Below, piece after piece: positions 1 to 9,583 of a stretch of 64,000 nucleotides of DNA (within the stretch, counting starts at the first letter, position 1; every line of letters starts with the position of its first letter). The DNA comes from Thermoplasmata archaeon (lineage in GTDB: Archaea > Thermoplasmatota > E2 > JACPAO01 > JAHFTW01). Under the pieces are notes generated by a model. The model was given only the letters and a program-made list of their open reading frames with translations, searched no databases and had not been told where the DNA came from. The translations under genes and the position numbers were made by a program. The stretch covers positions 160,001 through 224,000 of the forward strand of contig JAXDQS010000010.1 in NCBI GenBank assembly GCA_034667725.1, given 5' to 3'.

Positions 1-802
1 CGGCGCCGCCGGGCGAGGTGCCACAAGCACCGATGATCGTGGCTCCAGCGGGCGTGTAGACCGAAGTCTCGACAGAACCTTCAGTCACGCTGGCCGCAGC
101 CGCATCCTGGGCGTCGACGAACACGGCCACATGGCCGGTCCAGGCCTGGTAATGGTCGACAAGGATGGTGTCGACGACGCCGTTGCCAGTGTGGGCAAAG
201 CCAGGAGCGTCGCCACCCGTGTAGCCGCCATCGCCATCGTAGTTCATGGAAGCGTACCACTCGTCGTAGACCAAGGCCTTGGCCGCCGAGACAAAGCATG
301 AGTAAACGCCGATTTCAGCGGTGAACCCGATGTTGGTGGTCGAAGCGGGGAACACGCACGCTGCCGCGGTGCCCGGCAAGAAGGGGCCATCCACGCCGTT
401 GCGTCCCACGGTGGTCTCGTCACAAACCTCCAACTTGGTCCAGGTGGTCCTGGGGGCCGGCGGCGGAGCAGTCTCCGACAGGCCGGTGGCATCGTTGCGG
501 CCCGTCGTGCAGAGGCCACCCTCGCCGTTGTTGCCCATGTCGCCGGGGAAGGCGAGGCGGTCGTCCGCAGCGGAGCCGGCGGAGCCAGCGCCCCATTCGA
601 GCTCGCAGAGGTTGAGGCAGAAGACGGTGCCAACCATGGTGGGCTCATTGATGCACGTGGCGACGTGCCAGTCAGCGGCCGTAAGGGCCGTTCCCGGCGC
701 GGCCCCACCAGGGGTGACGCCGTCGATATGGTAGGCTGTCGAAGGCATTGCAGCCGCCAGGAAGGCGGCGGCGACAAGGCCGACAAAAGTTCGGTTGTTC
801 AA
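1..802 (-). CDS. Secreted Cys-containing hypothetical protein, truncated at the window edge
   Basis: Not in the ORF track because it has no stop in the window. Manual translation from TTG at 802 gives MNNRTFVGLVAAAFLAAAMPSTAYHIDG..., a signal-peptide-like start, and the frame stays open to position 2. Confidence 0.7.
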   Translation of the reverse strand, partial: MNNRTFVGLVAAAFLAAAMPSTAYHIDGVTPGGAAPGTALTAADWHVATCINEPTMVGTVFCLNLCELEWGAGSAGSAADDRLAFPGDMGNNGEGGLCTTGRNDATGLSETAPPPAPRTTWTKLEVCDETTVGRNGVDGPFLPGTAAACVFPASTTNIGFTAEIGVYSCFVSAAKALVYDEWYASMNYDGDGGYTGGDAPGFAHTGNGVVDTILVDHYQAWTGHVAVFVDAQDAAAASVTEGSVETSVYTPAGATIIGACGTSPGGA

Positions 803-866
803 GTGTTCACGTTTTCCAGGCCAATCAAGGCCAAGACGCAGGAACCTTGCGGACTAGTTTGGCCTT

Positions 867-956
867 TTGGCTAATGCAAAGGGGATTCCAGCCAACCTAG
901 GCCATTCCTTTGGCATCGCCCAGTGATTGCAGTTGCATTAGCCAACAAATTTATAT
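867..956. promoter_or_regulatory. Divergent promoter region with a 13-bp inverted repeat and TATA box
   Basis: TTGGCTAATGCAA (867-879) and its exact reverse complement TTGCATTAGCCAA (933-945). TTTATAT at 950-956 lies about 25 nt upstream of GTG 981. Confidence 0.6.
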
Positions 957-980
957 GGGGGTAAACGTACTGCGAACTCG

Positions 981-3509
981 GTGGTTCCCTTGGCCGCGCC
1001 TCGGTCGCTCAAAAATCGTGTTCCTTTTTTCCTCCAATGGATGGCCCTGGCGTTCCTTGTTTCGGTTACGGTTTTGGCGCTCGCGACCCCTTCGGACGCC
1101 GCTCAGGCGGCGGTCCAGGACGGGAACATCCGAATGGGGGTCATGGACGACGGCCTCCTAGGAATCCAGGAATCGCCCGCTTACTACAGCGCCTCCACCA
1201 GCCCTTTCACCCTCCTGCGCGACACCACCACCAACAATGAAGTCAACGCCAATTTTGGCGCCCGAGCCAACTCGTGGGGCGTCGCCTACGACAGCGCCAC
1301 GGCGACGCCGCGGGTCGGTTGCACCCAGAGTGGGTATGCGTTCGGCTGTTCAGGCCCCCCGTCGGTGCCTTTCAGCGGGACGAAAGCCTTGACCCCGACT
1401 GGCTCCTGCGGGGTGCCGACGGCCGCCTGCGAAGTCAAGGTCTGCAACGACTTCTTCAGCGAGCTCCGGGTGTGCCATGAGTTCCGGTCTAATCCACACC
1501 CTGATATCATCGAGGTCACGGTCACCTTGGAGAGCCTTCGGCCTGCCGTGGACGGTCCGTTGCAGGACGTCCTTTACCAGCGCGCCATGACCTTCGCGCC
1601 GGAGCCTTACACTGGCGCCTACTCGAGCAGCAGGCCCATTGTCCCTTCCCATATGATTCTGGAAGGCGTGGCGCCGCCACCTCCGGCATTGGTGTGGTCG
1701 AGCAACCAGCCGGCAAGCACTCGCCCTCCGACGGGAGGCTACGCTCCAATGGGATCCTGCGCTACAGGAACCAGCTATACTCCAGCCGAACCCAGCGGCG
1801 GCTGGTATGCTGCCCCGATCGGTCCCTGCTTCCAGGGGGCGCTGTTCGAGTTGGACTTGGGGGATATCCTCAATGGTTCGCCAGCGACGTTCCAAATGTT
1901 CTATGGTGCTTCCACTTCCTTGGCCAACGCCAGGGCAGCCGTCGGCCCGGCCGGCGTCAACGCCGACTTCTGGGCCCTCGGCATGCATTCGTCCGACCCG
2001 TCGATGGGCACCCCCAACACCTTCATCTGGGCCTTCGGCGGCCTCTCGCCGCCCACAGCCTCCTTCACGACCTCCCGTCCCAGCCCGCCGCCCGCCGCCG
2101 TCTTCGCCGCCACCACCGTCTGCCTGGGCGACGCGATGACCTTCCTGGACACCAGCCTTCCGGCCGGTTGGCCCATCACGGCCTCGACCTGGGACTTCAA
2201 CGACCCCCCCGCCCCCGATGCGTCCTCCGGTCCACGCGGCTCCGTCACGCACACGTTCAGTGCGCCTGGCACGTACACGGTCCAACAAACGGTGCTGGAC
2301 GACGGCGGCCGCACGGCGACATCCTCCCAAGCCATCACCGTCCTCGACTGCGCCGTCCCCGTGCCCGACTTCGCTGGGGAGCCGTGCGAGGGCCGCGCCG
2401 CCGCTTTCACGGACCTCACGCCCGCCGGCCCACATCCCTACGTCTCGTCGCAATGGATTTGGGGCGACAGCGGCGCCACGGTCCTGAACCCCTACGCCAC
2501 CAGCACGACCCACACTTACGCCGCGTCCGGCACCGTCGCGGTGACGCTACGGGTGACGAACGCCATTGGCATCGTCGGGGCCACCACCAAGAACATCGAG
2601 GTCTGCCCCATCGTCTGCCCAGACATTGAGCAGCCCGGCGTCGTCGTGGCCTACGAAAGCCAGCGCCTGCTGCTGCCGCTGCGCGCCACGGATCCCAACG
2701 GTCCGGTGCTGACGTTCACCATGGGGCCGCTGGCCGCGGGCACCTTCACGGCTGCGCCTGCCTCCGGGGCGGGCCCGCTCGTGGTGGACGGCATGCTCGA
2801 CTGGACGCCGAACCCCGGAACGCTCGGCACAGTCACCGTGACGTTCGCCGCCAACGACACGTTCTGCACGGTCGTGCGCGACGTCACGTTCCGCGTCGGC
2901 CTGACGCCGCTTGCCGACTCCGACTTGGATGGCGTGCGCGACGCGGCCGACAACTGTCCCGACACCGTCAACCGTGGCCAGGAGGACGTCGACATGGACG
3001 GCATCGGCGACGTGTGCGCGCCCGCGCCCGTGGCCAAGCCGCCGCCTGCGCCGCCAGCGTTCCGCAACGGCACCGCGTTCGACAGGGACGGCGACGGCAT
3101 CCTCGACCGCGCGGACGGCTGCCCCGTGGACCAAGATCCGTTGCAGGAAGACTTCGACCGCGACGGCCGCGGCGACGCGTGCGACCTCGACGCGGACGGC
3201 GACGGCGTGGCCGAGCGCGGACAGTCGGGGGCCGCCACGGTCCACTTGGACAACTGTCCGCTGCGGCCGAACCCCGACCAGACGGACGGAGACCGCGACG
3301 GCCTGGGCGACGCCTGCGACGGCCCGCAAGAGGCCCTTACCCTGTCGCCTCCCACGGAGCCGCCCGCCGTCCGGTCCTCCTCCGAAAGGTACGGGCTCTG
3401 GATGTTCGCGCTGGCGTTCCTGGCCACGATGGGCGCATTAGGCCTCGCCGTGTTCTTCCTGGAGCGCCGCAACCGCAAGCACGAGCCGCCATTAGCCAAA
3501 AACGCCTAA
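981..3509 (+). CDS. Membrane-anchored surface protein with PKD domains, an Ig-like domain and thrombospondin type-3 (Ca-binding) repeats
   Basis: Signal peptide; PKD motifs (TWDFND...HTFSAPGTYTV, WIWGD...HTYAASGT); DxDxDG...DNCP repeats; C-terminal TM helix followed by RRNRK. Confidence 0.85.
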   Translation: MVPLAAPRSLKNRVPFFLQWMALAFLVSVTVLALATPSDAAQAAVQDGNIRMGVMDDGLLGIQESPAYYSASTSPFTLLRDTTTNNEVNANFGARANSWGVAYDSATATPRVGCTQSGYAFGCSGPPSVPFSGTKALTPTGSCGVPTAACEVKVCNDFFSELRVCHEFRSNPHPDIIEVTVTLESLRPAVDGPLQDVLYQRAMTFAPEPYTGAYSSSRPIVPSHMILEGVAPPPPALVWSSNQPASTRPPTGGYAPMGSCATGTSYTPAEPSGGWYAAPIGPCFQGALFELDLGDILNGSPATFQMFYGASTSLANARAAVGPAGVNADFWALGMHSSDPSMGTPNTFIWAFGGLSPPTASFTTSRPSPPPAAVFAATTVCLGDAMTFLDTSLPAGWPITASTWDFNDPPAPDASSGPRGSVTHTFSAPGTYTVQQTVLDDGGRTATSSQAITVLDCAVPVPDFAGEPCEGRAAAFTDLTPAGPHPYVSSQWIWGDSGATVLNPYATSTTHTYAASGTVAVTLRVTNAIGIVGATTKNIEVCPIVCPDIEQPGVVVAYESQRLLLPLRATDPNGPVLTFTMGPLAAGTFTAAPASGAGPLVVDGMLDWTPNPGTLGTVTVTFAANDTFCTVVRDVTFRVGLTPLADSDLDGVRDAADNCPDTVNRGQEDVDMDGIGDVCAPAPVAKPPPAPPAFRNGTAFDRDGDGILDRADGCPVDQDPLQEDFDRDGRGDACDLDADGDGVAERGQSGAATVHLDNCPLRPNPDQTDGDRDGLGDACDGPQEALTLSPPTEPPAVRSSSERYGLWMFALAFLATMGALGLAVFFLERRNRKHEPPLAKNA

Positions 3510-3702
3510 TAGGGACAAGCGGAAGCCGGGTCGTCGCGCCTGCTGCGACGGCTTTGCGTCCGTCGGCCCAGGCGGCGCTTTTGCGGCCGTGCCATCGCCT
3601 TGCATCGCGGGCCGTTGCGGGCGGTCGCCGCCTCCTGTCAACACAGAGTCTATGAACCCCGCCGGGCCTGCGCGCATCGCAGCCGGTGGCTGCTGTGGTT
3701 GC

Positions 3703-4119
3703 ATGCGTGGATTCCTTGTCCTTGTCCTAGCCAGCTTCTTGGTCGTTCCTGCAACGGCCTTGCCGCCGTTGACCCCGGTCTACGCCTACGGCGTGATCCA
3801 GGACAACGGCAACTTCCGCCTCGAGTGGAGCCCGCCTGCCACGGGCACCAACGGCATGACGGGCTACCGCGTCGAGCGCTACGTCGACGGCGTCCTGGAC
3901 GACGCCATCGTGGTCGCCGCCAGCGTGCACGCCTTCATCGACGACGTGGTCCCGACCGGCCTCGTCTACTACATCGTCTACTGGGCGAACGCCGAGGGCG
4001 TCTCCCCCGGCAGCAACCCCGTGGTCCGCGGCGAATACCCGCCCTGCAACTGGTTCTACGAGTCGCATGGGTTCCCTGGCTACGATCTGAAGCCGGAATG
4101 CCTCGTCCCACCGGTGTGA
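3703..4119 (+). CDS. Small secreted protein with an FN3-like domain and C-terminal Cys-loop motif (module A, gene 1)
   Basis: ATG 3703 gives MRGFLVLVLASFLVVPATA signal peptide; LEWSPP...GYRVERY...YYIVYWAN is FN3-like; ends YPPCNWF...PGYDLKPECLVPPV. Confidence 0.75.
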   Translation: MRGFLVLVLASFLVVPATALPPLTPVYAYGVIQDNGNFRLEWSPPATGTNGMTGYRVERYVDGVLDDAIVVAASVHAFIDDVVPTGLVYYIVYWANAEGVSPGSNPVVRGEYPPCNWFYESHGFPGYDLKPECLVPPV

Positions 4120-4122
4120 TCG

Positions 4123-5547
4123 ATGCGCGCGGGTGGGCTCCTCATTGTCCTGATGCTGTTGGCCTTGGCCGCGCCTGCGACCGACGCCGCCCCGCTGGGC
4201 GACCTGCAAGCCCGCCAGATGCGCACCCTCGACCTCGCCGTGGCCGCCGGCGCCGCCAAGGCCATCGCGGTCACGGCCCCCACCGACGGCCCCGTCTCGG
4301 GGCATGACCTGCGCATCACCGCGGAGCGCATCGTGGTCGTGACCAACGAGGCCTGGAGCAACGCGACCGTCTTCGGCGCCGCGCCCAAAACGGAGACCCG
4401 CTCGGCGCCGCCGCAGGCCCACGAGGACGCCACCGTCGCCACCACCCGCGTCGGCGAGCGCTTCGACCTCACCATCATCCCCGCCGACGGCCAGGTCCGC
4501 ATCGAGTCGCTGGGCGGCACCGCCCTCCCCTCCGCCGACCCCGTCGTGGAGGGGGGCCGCCACGTCGACGACCCCGACCAGCCGCCGCTGTGGGCGACGG
4601 TCCAGGCCACCGTGGTCTGGCTGCCCAGCGGCGACGTGTCGATCCGCCTCGAAGGCGACTTCTCGCTCTCGGTCTGGGACTGGGACCTCCGCGTCTCGGG
4701 CCGCGACCTCCGCAGCGGCTTCTTCCGCGACACCACCGTCGGGAGCCTCGGCGTCAGCCTGCTGTCGCAGGACTACTCCGCCGAGCAGTTCCTTCAGGTC
4801 GAGAACGGCACCCTCGACCTCCGCGTCCCCGACGGCCGCGCCGCCCGCGCCTACCTCGCCCGCCTCGGCGTCAGCACCGACGGCGCCCTCGCGCTCTCCG
4901 GCGCCAGCGGCGACCTGCCCACCGCGGACGGCGTGCGCGCCCTCGACGGCACCATCATCCTCGAAGGCGGTGTCGCCATCGAGCTCCGGACGCTCAAGGA
5001 CAGCCTGGTCGCCGACGTGCTCCAAGCCGATTCGCTGCGCGCGGACGGCGCCGTCGTGCCGCTCGCCTTCGCCTCCGACAACGGCCCCGCCTCCCCGCTC
5101 CCCTGGCTCCTCGGCCTGCTCGGCGCCGTGCCGCTGGTCGCCGCCGCCTGGCGCTCCGTCGTCCTGACGCGCGCCCGCCGCGTCACGCTGCTGCGGATGG
5201 ACGCCGGCCGCTACGAGCTGGCGCTGCACGGCAGCCGCGGCCTGCTGCGCTCGCGCCGCCACCGCATCTTCGCCCGCACCGTGCGCACCGTCGCGCTGCT
5301 GCGCCTCGGCCGCCCCGCGGAAGCCCGCCAGCTGCTCGACGAGCGCCACTGGCAAGGCCCGCTTGCGGCCTCCCGCCTCTACCTGCTTGCCCACGCCAGC
5401 GCCCTCGAGGGCGACCGCGACGCCGCCCAGCGCCACCTGCAGGCCGGCCTCGCGCTCGACCGCGGGCTGCGCGCCGACGCCGCCACCAACCCCACCCTCC
5501 GCCCCCTGCTTGAGCGCACCCTCGCCAGCCGGGAGGGCTACACGTGA
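4123..5547 (+). CDS. Single-pass membrane protein with extracellular domain and cytoplasmic TPR-like region (module A, gene 2)
   Basis: Signal peptide, about 300-aa beta-rich region, TM helix (LPWLLGLLGAVPLVAAAW), TPR-like helices (ALLRLGRPAEA, YLLAHASALEGDRDAA), ends EGYT. Confidence 0.8.
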   Translation: MRAGGLLIVLMLLALAAPATDAAPLGDLQARQMRTLDLAVAAGAAKAIAVTAPTDGPVSGHDLRITAERIVVVTNEAWSNATVFGAAPKTETRSAPPQAHEDATVATTRVGERFDLTIIPADGQVRIESLGGTALPSADPVVEGGRHVDDPDQPPLWATVQATVVWLPSGDVSIRLEGDFSLSVWDWDLRVSGRDLRSGFFRDTTVGSLGVSLLSQDYSAEQFLQVENGTLDLRVPDGRAARAYLARLGVSTDGALALSGASGDLPTADGVRALDGTIILEGGVAIELRTLKDSLVADVLQADSLRADGAVVPLAFASDNGPASPLPWLLGLLGAVPLVAAAWRSVVLTRARRVTLLRMDAGRYELALHGSRGLLRSRRHRIFARTVRTVALLRLGRPAEARQLLDERHWQGPLAASRLYLLAHASALEGDRDAAQRHLQAGLALDRGLRADAATNPTLRPLLERTLASREGYT

Positions 5548-5984
5548 ACGACGGCGACGCCACCCGGCAGGTCATCCTCAACCTCCTGCAGCAGCACCCA
5601 GGCCTGCACAAGAGCGAGCTGGCGCGCGCCCTCGGCCTCGGCTGGGGCACCATCTCCTACCACCTCCAAGTGCTGTGCCAGACCGGCGCGGTCCAGCAGA
5701 TGCGCCGCGGCCGCCGCCTCCGGCTGTTCCCCGGCGGCATGGACGAGAAGCAGATGCGCCTGCTGTGCGCGATGCGGCAGGACGTCCAGAACGACATCCT
5801 GAAGGCGCTGACCTTCTCGCCCGGCGCCGCCGCCGAGTCGCTGGCCGACGAGCTGGGCCTGAGCCGCCGCCTCATCCGCCGCCACCTTGCCAGCCTGGAG
5901 GAGGACGGCATCGTGGACGCCCTGCACGTGCCCCGCACCGACGTCACCAACCTGCGGCAAGGCCTGGAGCCCTACCACCGCTAG
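5544..5984 (+). CDS. Double winged-helix-turn-helix transcriptional regulator, COG3398-like (module A, gene 3)
   Basis: HPGLHKSELARALGLGWGTISYHLQVL and a second HTH (PGAAAESLADELGLSRRLIRRHLASL). GTGA overlap with the upstream gene. Confidence 0.85.
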   Translation: MNDGDATRQVILNLLQQHPGLHKSELARALGLGWGTISYHLQVLCQTGAVQQMRRGRRLRLFPGGMDEKQMRLLCAMRQDVQNDILKALTFSPGAAAESLADELGLSRRLIRRHLASLEEDGIVDALHVPRTDVTNLRQGLEPYHR

Positions 5985-6044
5985 CTTGCCGCTTTCAAGA
6001 ATCCGCCCGGAAACCCTAACCCTGCGGCTTCTGGGTGGGCTCCC

Positions 6045-6482
6045 ATGGCACGATCTGCCGTCCTTGCAAGCCTGCTCATGATCGCCCTGCTGGGCACCCC
6101 CGTCCACGCCGGCGCCCCCTACCAGTCCGGCGAAGGCTGGTGCGGCGGCCAAGCCCCCATCGCGTCCGCCTGCCAGGCCAAGCCCTACACGCTGCCATCG
6201 TCCATCACCGTGGACATCGACGCCCACCTGCTGTGCCTGCTCGTCTCAGGCTGCGAGGACGGCGAGGTCGTGGTCACGCTGCACGGCGCCACCGAGACCG
6301 GCACCGTCGAGAAGAGCTGCTCCTACTCCTTCAGCGCCAACAGCTGCACCGGCATCCAGAGGACCGGCGCCATGTACGTCGGCCAGGACATCGTGGTCAC
6401 CGGGACCGCGACCCTGCGCTGCGGCTCGACGGTCTGCGGCAGCCTGCCCGCCGCGGCCGAGTGGTCGGTCGCCGTCTACTGA
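6045..6482 (+). CDS. Small secreted Cys-rich hypothetical protein
   Basis: Signal peptide MARSAVLASLLMIALLGTPVHA; 8 Cys in 145 aa. Confidence 0.7.
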   Translation: MARSAVLASLLMIALLGTPVHAGAPYQSGEGWCGGQAPIASACQAKPYTLPSSITVDIDAHLLCLLVSGCEDGEVVVTLHGATETGTVEKSCSYSFSANSCTGIQRTGAMYVGQDIVVTGTATLRCGSTVCGSLPAAAEWSVAVY

Positions 6483-6626
6483 GCCGTCCCGCGGCCCTCT
6501 TCCTTCACCCCAACCCCTTTATCAAGCACGCCCGTGCCGCACCTGGAACGTCGCCCCGCCGCGTGGGCCGGCAACCGCCCCAGGCACCCGTTCGCCTGAG
6601 GCCCATTGGACGCGGCACGTGATAGT

Positions 6627-8141
6627 ATGCCGCAATCCAAGGAGAAGTCCCCCAAGCTCAAGCTCAGCGCCCAGGCCCAGAAGGTCGTCGACCTCAAGGC
6701 CACCTTCGCGGACCTGAAGCTCAGTCCCACCACCATCGCGGCCCTCGACAAGCTCGGCTTCGCCCATCCCACCCCCATCCAGGAAAAGACCATCCCGCTT
6801 CTCCTGGAGGGCCACGACGTCATCGGGCAGGCGCGCACCGGCACCGGCAAGACCGCCTCGTTCGGCCTGCCCATCATCGAGACGTACGACCCGGCGGCCA
6901 AGCACGTTCAGGCGCTGATCCTGGCCCCGACGCGCGAGCTGGCGCTGCAAATCCACGACGAGATGATCCGCTACGCCGCCAACCGCGAGTTCCGCATCCT
7001 CGCCATCTACGGCGGCACCGGCTACGAGGTCCAGGACAAATCCCTCAAGCAGGGCGTCCACGTCGTCGTCGGCACCCCCGGCCGCATCATGGACCACATG
7101 GAGCGCGGCACCCTCGACCTGCGCTCCACCAAGCTCCTGGTGCTGGACGAGGCCGACCGGATGCTCGACATGGGCTTCATCGACGACGTCGAGAAGATCC
7201 TCAAGTCGATGCCGGGCAAGCACCACCGCCAGACCCTGCTGTTCTCGGCCACCATGCCCGAGGAGATCAAGGGCCTCACCCGCCGCTTCATGGTGCAGCC
7301 GCAGTTCGTCCGCGTCAGCGCCGACGAGCTCACGGTCCCCGAGATCGACCAGGTCTACTACCCCGTCGGCCGCCGCAACAAGCACTGGGCCCTCACCCGC
7401 GTCCTCGACAACGAGCCCGAGCAGGACCTGGTGCTGATCTTCTGCGCCACCAAGATGATGTGCGACCGCCTCAAGGAGGACCTCAACCGCTGGGGCTACA
7501 ACGCCGAGGCCATCCACGGCGACCTTCCCCAAAGCAAGCGCGAACGCGTCCTTGCGGACTTCGACGCCGGCAAGGTCAAAATCCTCATCGCCACCGACGT
7601 CGCCGCCCGCGGCCTCGACATCGACCGCATCACCCACGTCGTCAACTTCGACCTCCCCGAGACCGAGCCCGAGGTCTACGTCCACCGCATCGGCCGCACC
7701 GGCCGCGCCGGCCGCAAGGGCAAGAGCATCTCGTTCGTCAGCCTCGACGACAAGCCGCTCTTGAAGCGCATCGAGATGCTGATCGGCCGCGAGATCAAGG
7801 AGGCCACTCCGCCGGCCGGCGCCGACGGCAAGCCCGACCGGGTCGAGCGCAAGACCGACTGGGACGAGCTGGCCGACAAGTACGGCAACGTCCACCTGCG
7901 CGTCAACGCCGGCCGCGACGACGGCCTCACGCCCTACCTCCTGCACAAGCTGGTCGCGGAGTCCACCCGGCTCCCCGACCACGCCATCCGCGACATCATC
8001 GTCCACCGCCACGAGGCCGGCTTCGCCGTGCCCAAGGACGCAGCACTCTCGGCCCGCCAAGGGCTGCAGAGCATCAAGCTGGACGGCTACAAGCTCGACG
8101 CGGAGTTCGAGTCGCGCGAGACCACTGTCCGTACGGCCTGA
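6627..8141 (+). CDS. DEAD-box RNA helicase (DeaD/CshA-like) with a C-terminal DbpA-like RNA-binding domain
   Basis: Q motif, ARTGTGKT, PTRELA, TPGR, DEAD, SAT, ARGLD and HRIGRTGRAG motifs. Confidence 0.95.
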   Translation: MPQSKEKSPKLKLSAQAQKVVDLKATFADLKLSPTTIAALDKLGFAHPTPIQEKTIPLLLEGHDVIGQARTGTGKTASFGLPIIETYDPAAKHVQALILAPTRELALQIHDEMIRYAANREFRILAIYGGTGYEVQDKSLKQGVHVVVGTPGRIMDHMERGTLDLRSTKLLVLDEADRMLDMGFIDDVEKILKSMPGKHHRQTLLFSATMPEEIKGLTRRFMVQPQFVRVSADELTVPEIDQVYYPVGRRNKHWALTRVLDNEPEQDLVLIFCATKMMCDRLKEDLNRWGYNAEAIHGDLPQSKRERVLADFDAGKVKILIATDVAARGLDIDRITHVVNFDLPETEPEVYVHRIGRTGRAGRKGKSISFVSLDDKPLLKRIEMLIGREIKEATPPAGADGKPDRVERKTDWDELADKYGNVHLRVNAGRDDGLTPYLLHKLVAESTRLPDHAIRDIIVHRHEAGFAVPKDAALSARQGLQSIKLDGYKLDAEFESRETTVRTA

Positions 8142-8166
8142 GCTTCGCAAAAACTGCCGTAGGCGG

Positions 8167-8445
8167 TCAAATCATCCTAGCCAGATAATTCTCGCCTTGC
8201 TCCACCTCGGCGTCGCAGTGGCGCTTGTACTTCATGGCCACGGTGACAAGGGTTGCGGTCAGAACGGCATATGCGACCATCAGTTCTGATTTTTGGATTA
8301 ACAACGCGTCCGAGCCGGCGAGCGCGATTCCAATCAGGGCAAGTGAGAGTGCCGATCCGAGAACGGCAAGCGCGACAACCGCTCGTAGCGCCACCCGCGC
8401 GACAAAGGCCCGAATCTTCAGTTGGTCAAGCTCACTTCGGTCCAT
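8167..8445 (-). CDS. Small two-TM hypothetical protein in a lower-GC segment
   Basis: 92-aa ORF with two hydrophobic stretches; codon usage differs from neighbours. Confidence 0.55.
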   Translation of the reverse strand: MDRSELDQLKIRAFVARVALRAVVALAVLGSALSLALIGIALAGSDALLIQKSELMVAYAVLTATLVTVAMKYKRHCDAEVEQGENYLARMI

Positions 8446-8506
8446 GAATCGGTCAGCGGGGCCGCCGGCATAACGATATCGAGTTAGTAAAACGAACCGG
8501 CCAAGC

Positions 8507-9583
8507 TCACACTAGCACGCACCCGTGCCACGCGATCTCGTCGCCCGGCTGGAACGCCATGCCCGTGATGCCGAGCGGCGCGGACGCGCCGTTGACGTCG
8601 TAGCACCAGTCCGACAGGGCGCCGTAGCCGTCGATGGACTCGACGCCGAAGCCGAACGAGTCGTTGAAGCTGAACTCGACGGCGCGGCCCGTCTGGGTCC
8701 AGGCCACCAGCACGTCGTGGACGTTGGCGTGCGGCGGGTGGGCGATGGGCTTGCCGTCATAGTCGGGCGCCGACAGGAAGGCGTCGATGTCGAGCCAGAC
8801 CTCGTCGTCCAGCGGCGCTTTCTGGGGGATGGCGGCCGTGAACTCGGCCTGCACGCGGGCGGAGGCGAGGCGGACCGCGACCACGTCGCGGACGGCCGTG
8901 GCCTTGCCGTCGTCGGCGAGCACCCGGAGCGGCGTCTGCCCGTAGTCGAGCGGCACGGTGACGCTCCATGGGCCGGCGGGCACGTCGGCCGTCGTGGCGT
9001 TCGTCACCGTCAGGCGGACGGCGCGGTCCACCGTGCCCGCGAGCACCAGGGTCGCGCTGCGGGTCGGCGCCGGCGCCGTGACGGTGAGCGTGAGGGGGCC
9101 CGTCGCCGGCTTCAGGGGCGCGGCGGCGGTCGGGGTGGCGGTCGCGGTGCCGGAGGCGGCGGTCGGGCTCGTGGAGCTGCCCTCCGAATCCTGGTCCAGC
9201 GGCGTGTAGGTCCAGGACACGGTGTCGCCGGCGTGGACCTGGACATCGTCCATGCCCGTCATGCTGGCGACCCCGTTGAGCGCGAGCGCCCAGTGGCCTT
9301 CGGCGCCTTGCGAGCAGCCGGGGGTCTTGGGCACGCCGTCGATGGCGTCGAGGCAGTGGCCGAAGCTGAACTCCTGCATGTCCACGCGGACCCCGGAGTG
9401 GTGGGACCAAGCCAGCAGCTGGTGGTAGGCGGTCGCGGCCTCGGCCGCGGGCACGGTGGCGTCCACGTCGGCGTGGGGCGCGGGGAAGTCGAGGAGGATG
9501 CGGGTCGTGGGGCCGTCGTCGGCGGCGCAGCCGGCAAGGAGGGCGGCGACGAGCAAGGCGATGGCGAGATGGGTCTGGGTCAT
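8507..9583 (-). CDS. Lipoprotein with two DUF4430 (transcobalamin-like C-terminal) domains
   Basis: Lipobox LLAGC. Two copies of FG..(V/L)..IDG...W...(L/V)NG..(A/S)..G.....GD.(V/I).W. ATGA overlap with the upstream gene. Confidence 0.75.
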   Translation of the reverse strand: MTQTHLAIALLVAALLAGCAADDGPTTRILLDFPAPHADVDATVPAAEAATAYHQLLAWSHHSGVRVDMQEFSFGHCLDAIDGVPKTPGCSQGAEGHWALALNGVASMTGMDDVQVHAGDTVSWTYTPLDQDSEGSSTSPTAASGTATATPTAAAPLKPATGPLTLTVTAPAPTRSATLVLAGTVDRAVRLTVTNATTADVPAGPWSVTVPLDYGQTPLRVLADDGKATAVRDVVAVRLASARVQAEFTAAIPQKAPLDDEVWLDIDAFLSAPDYDGKPIAHPPHANVHDVLVAWTQTGRAVEFSFNDSFGFGVESIDGYGALSDWCYDVNGASAPLGITGMAFQPGDEIAWHGCVLV

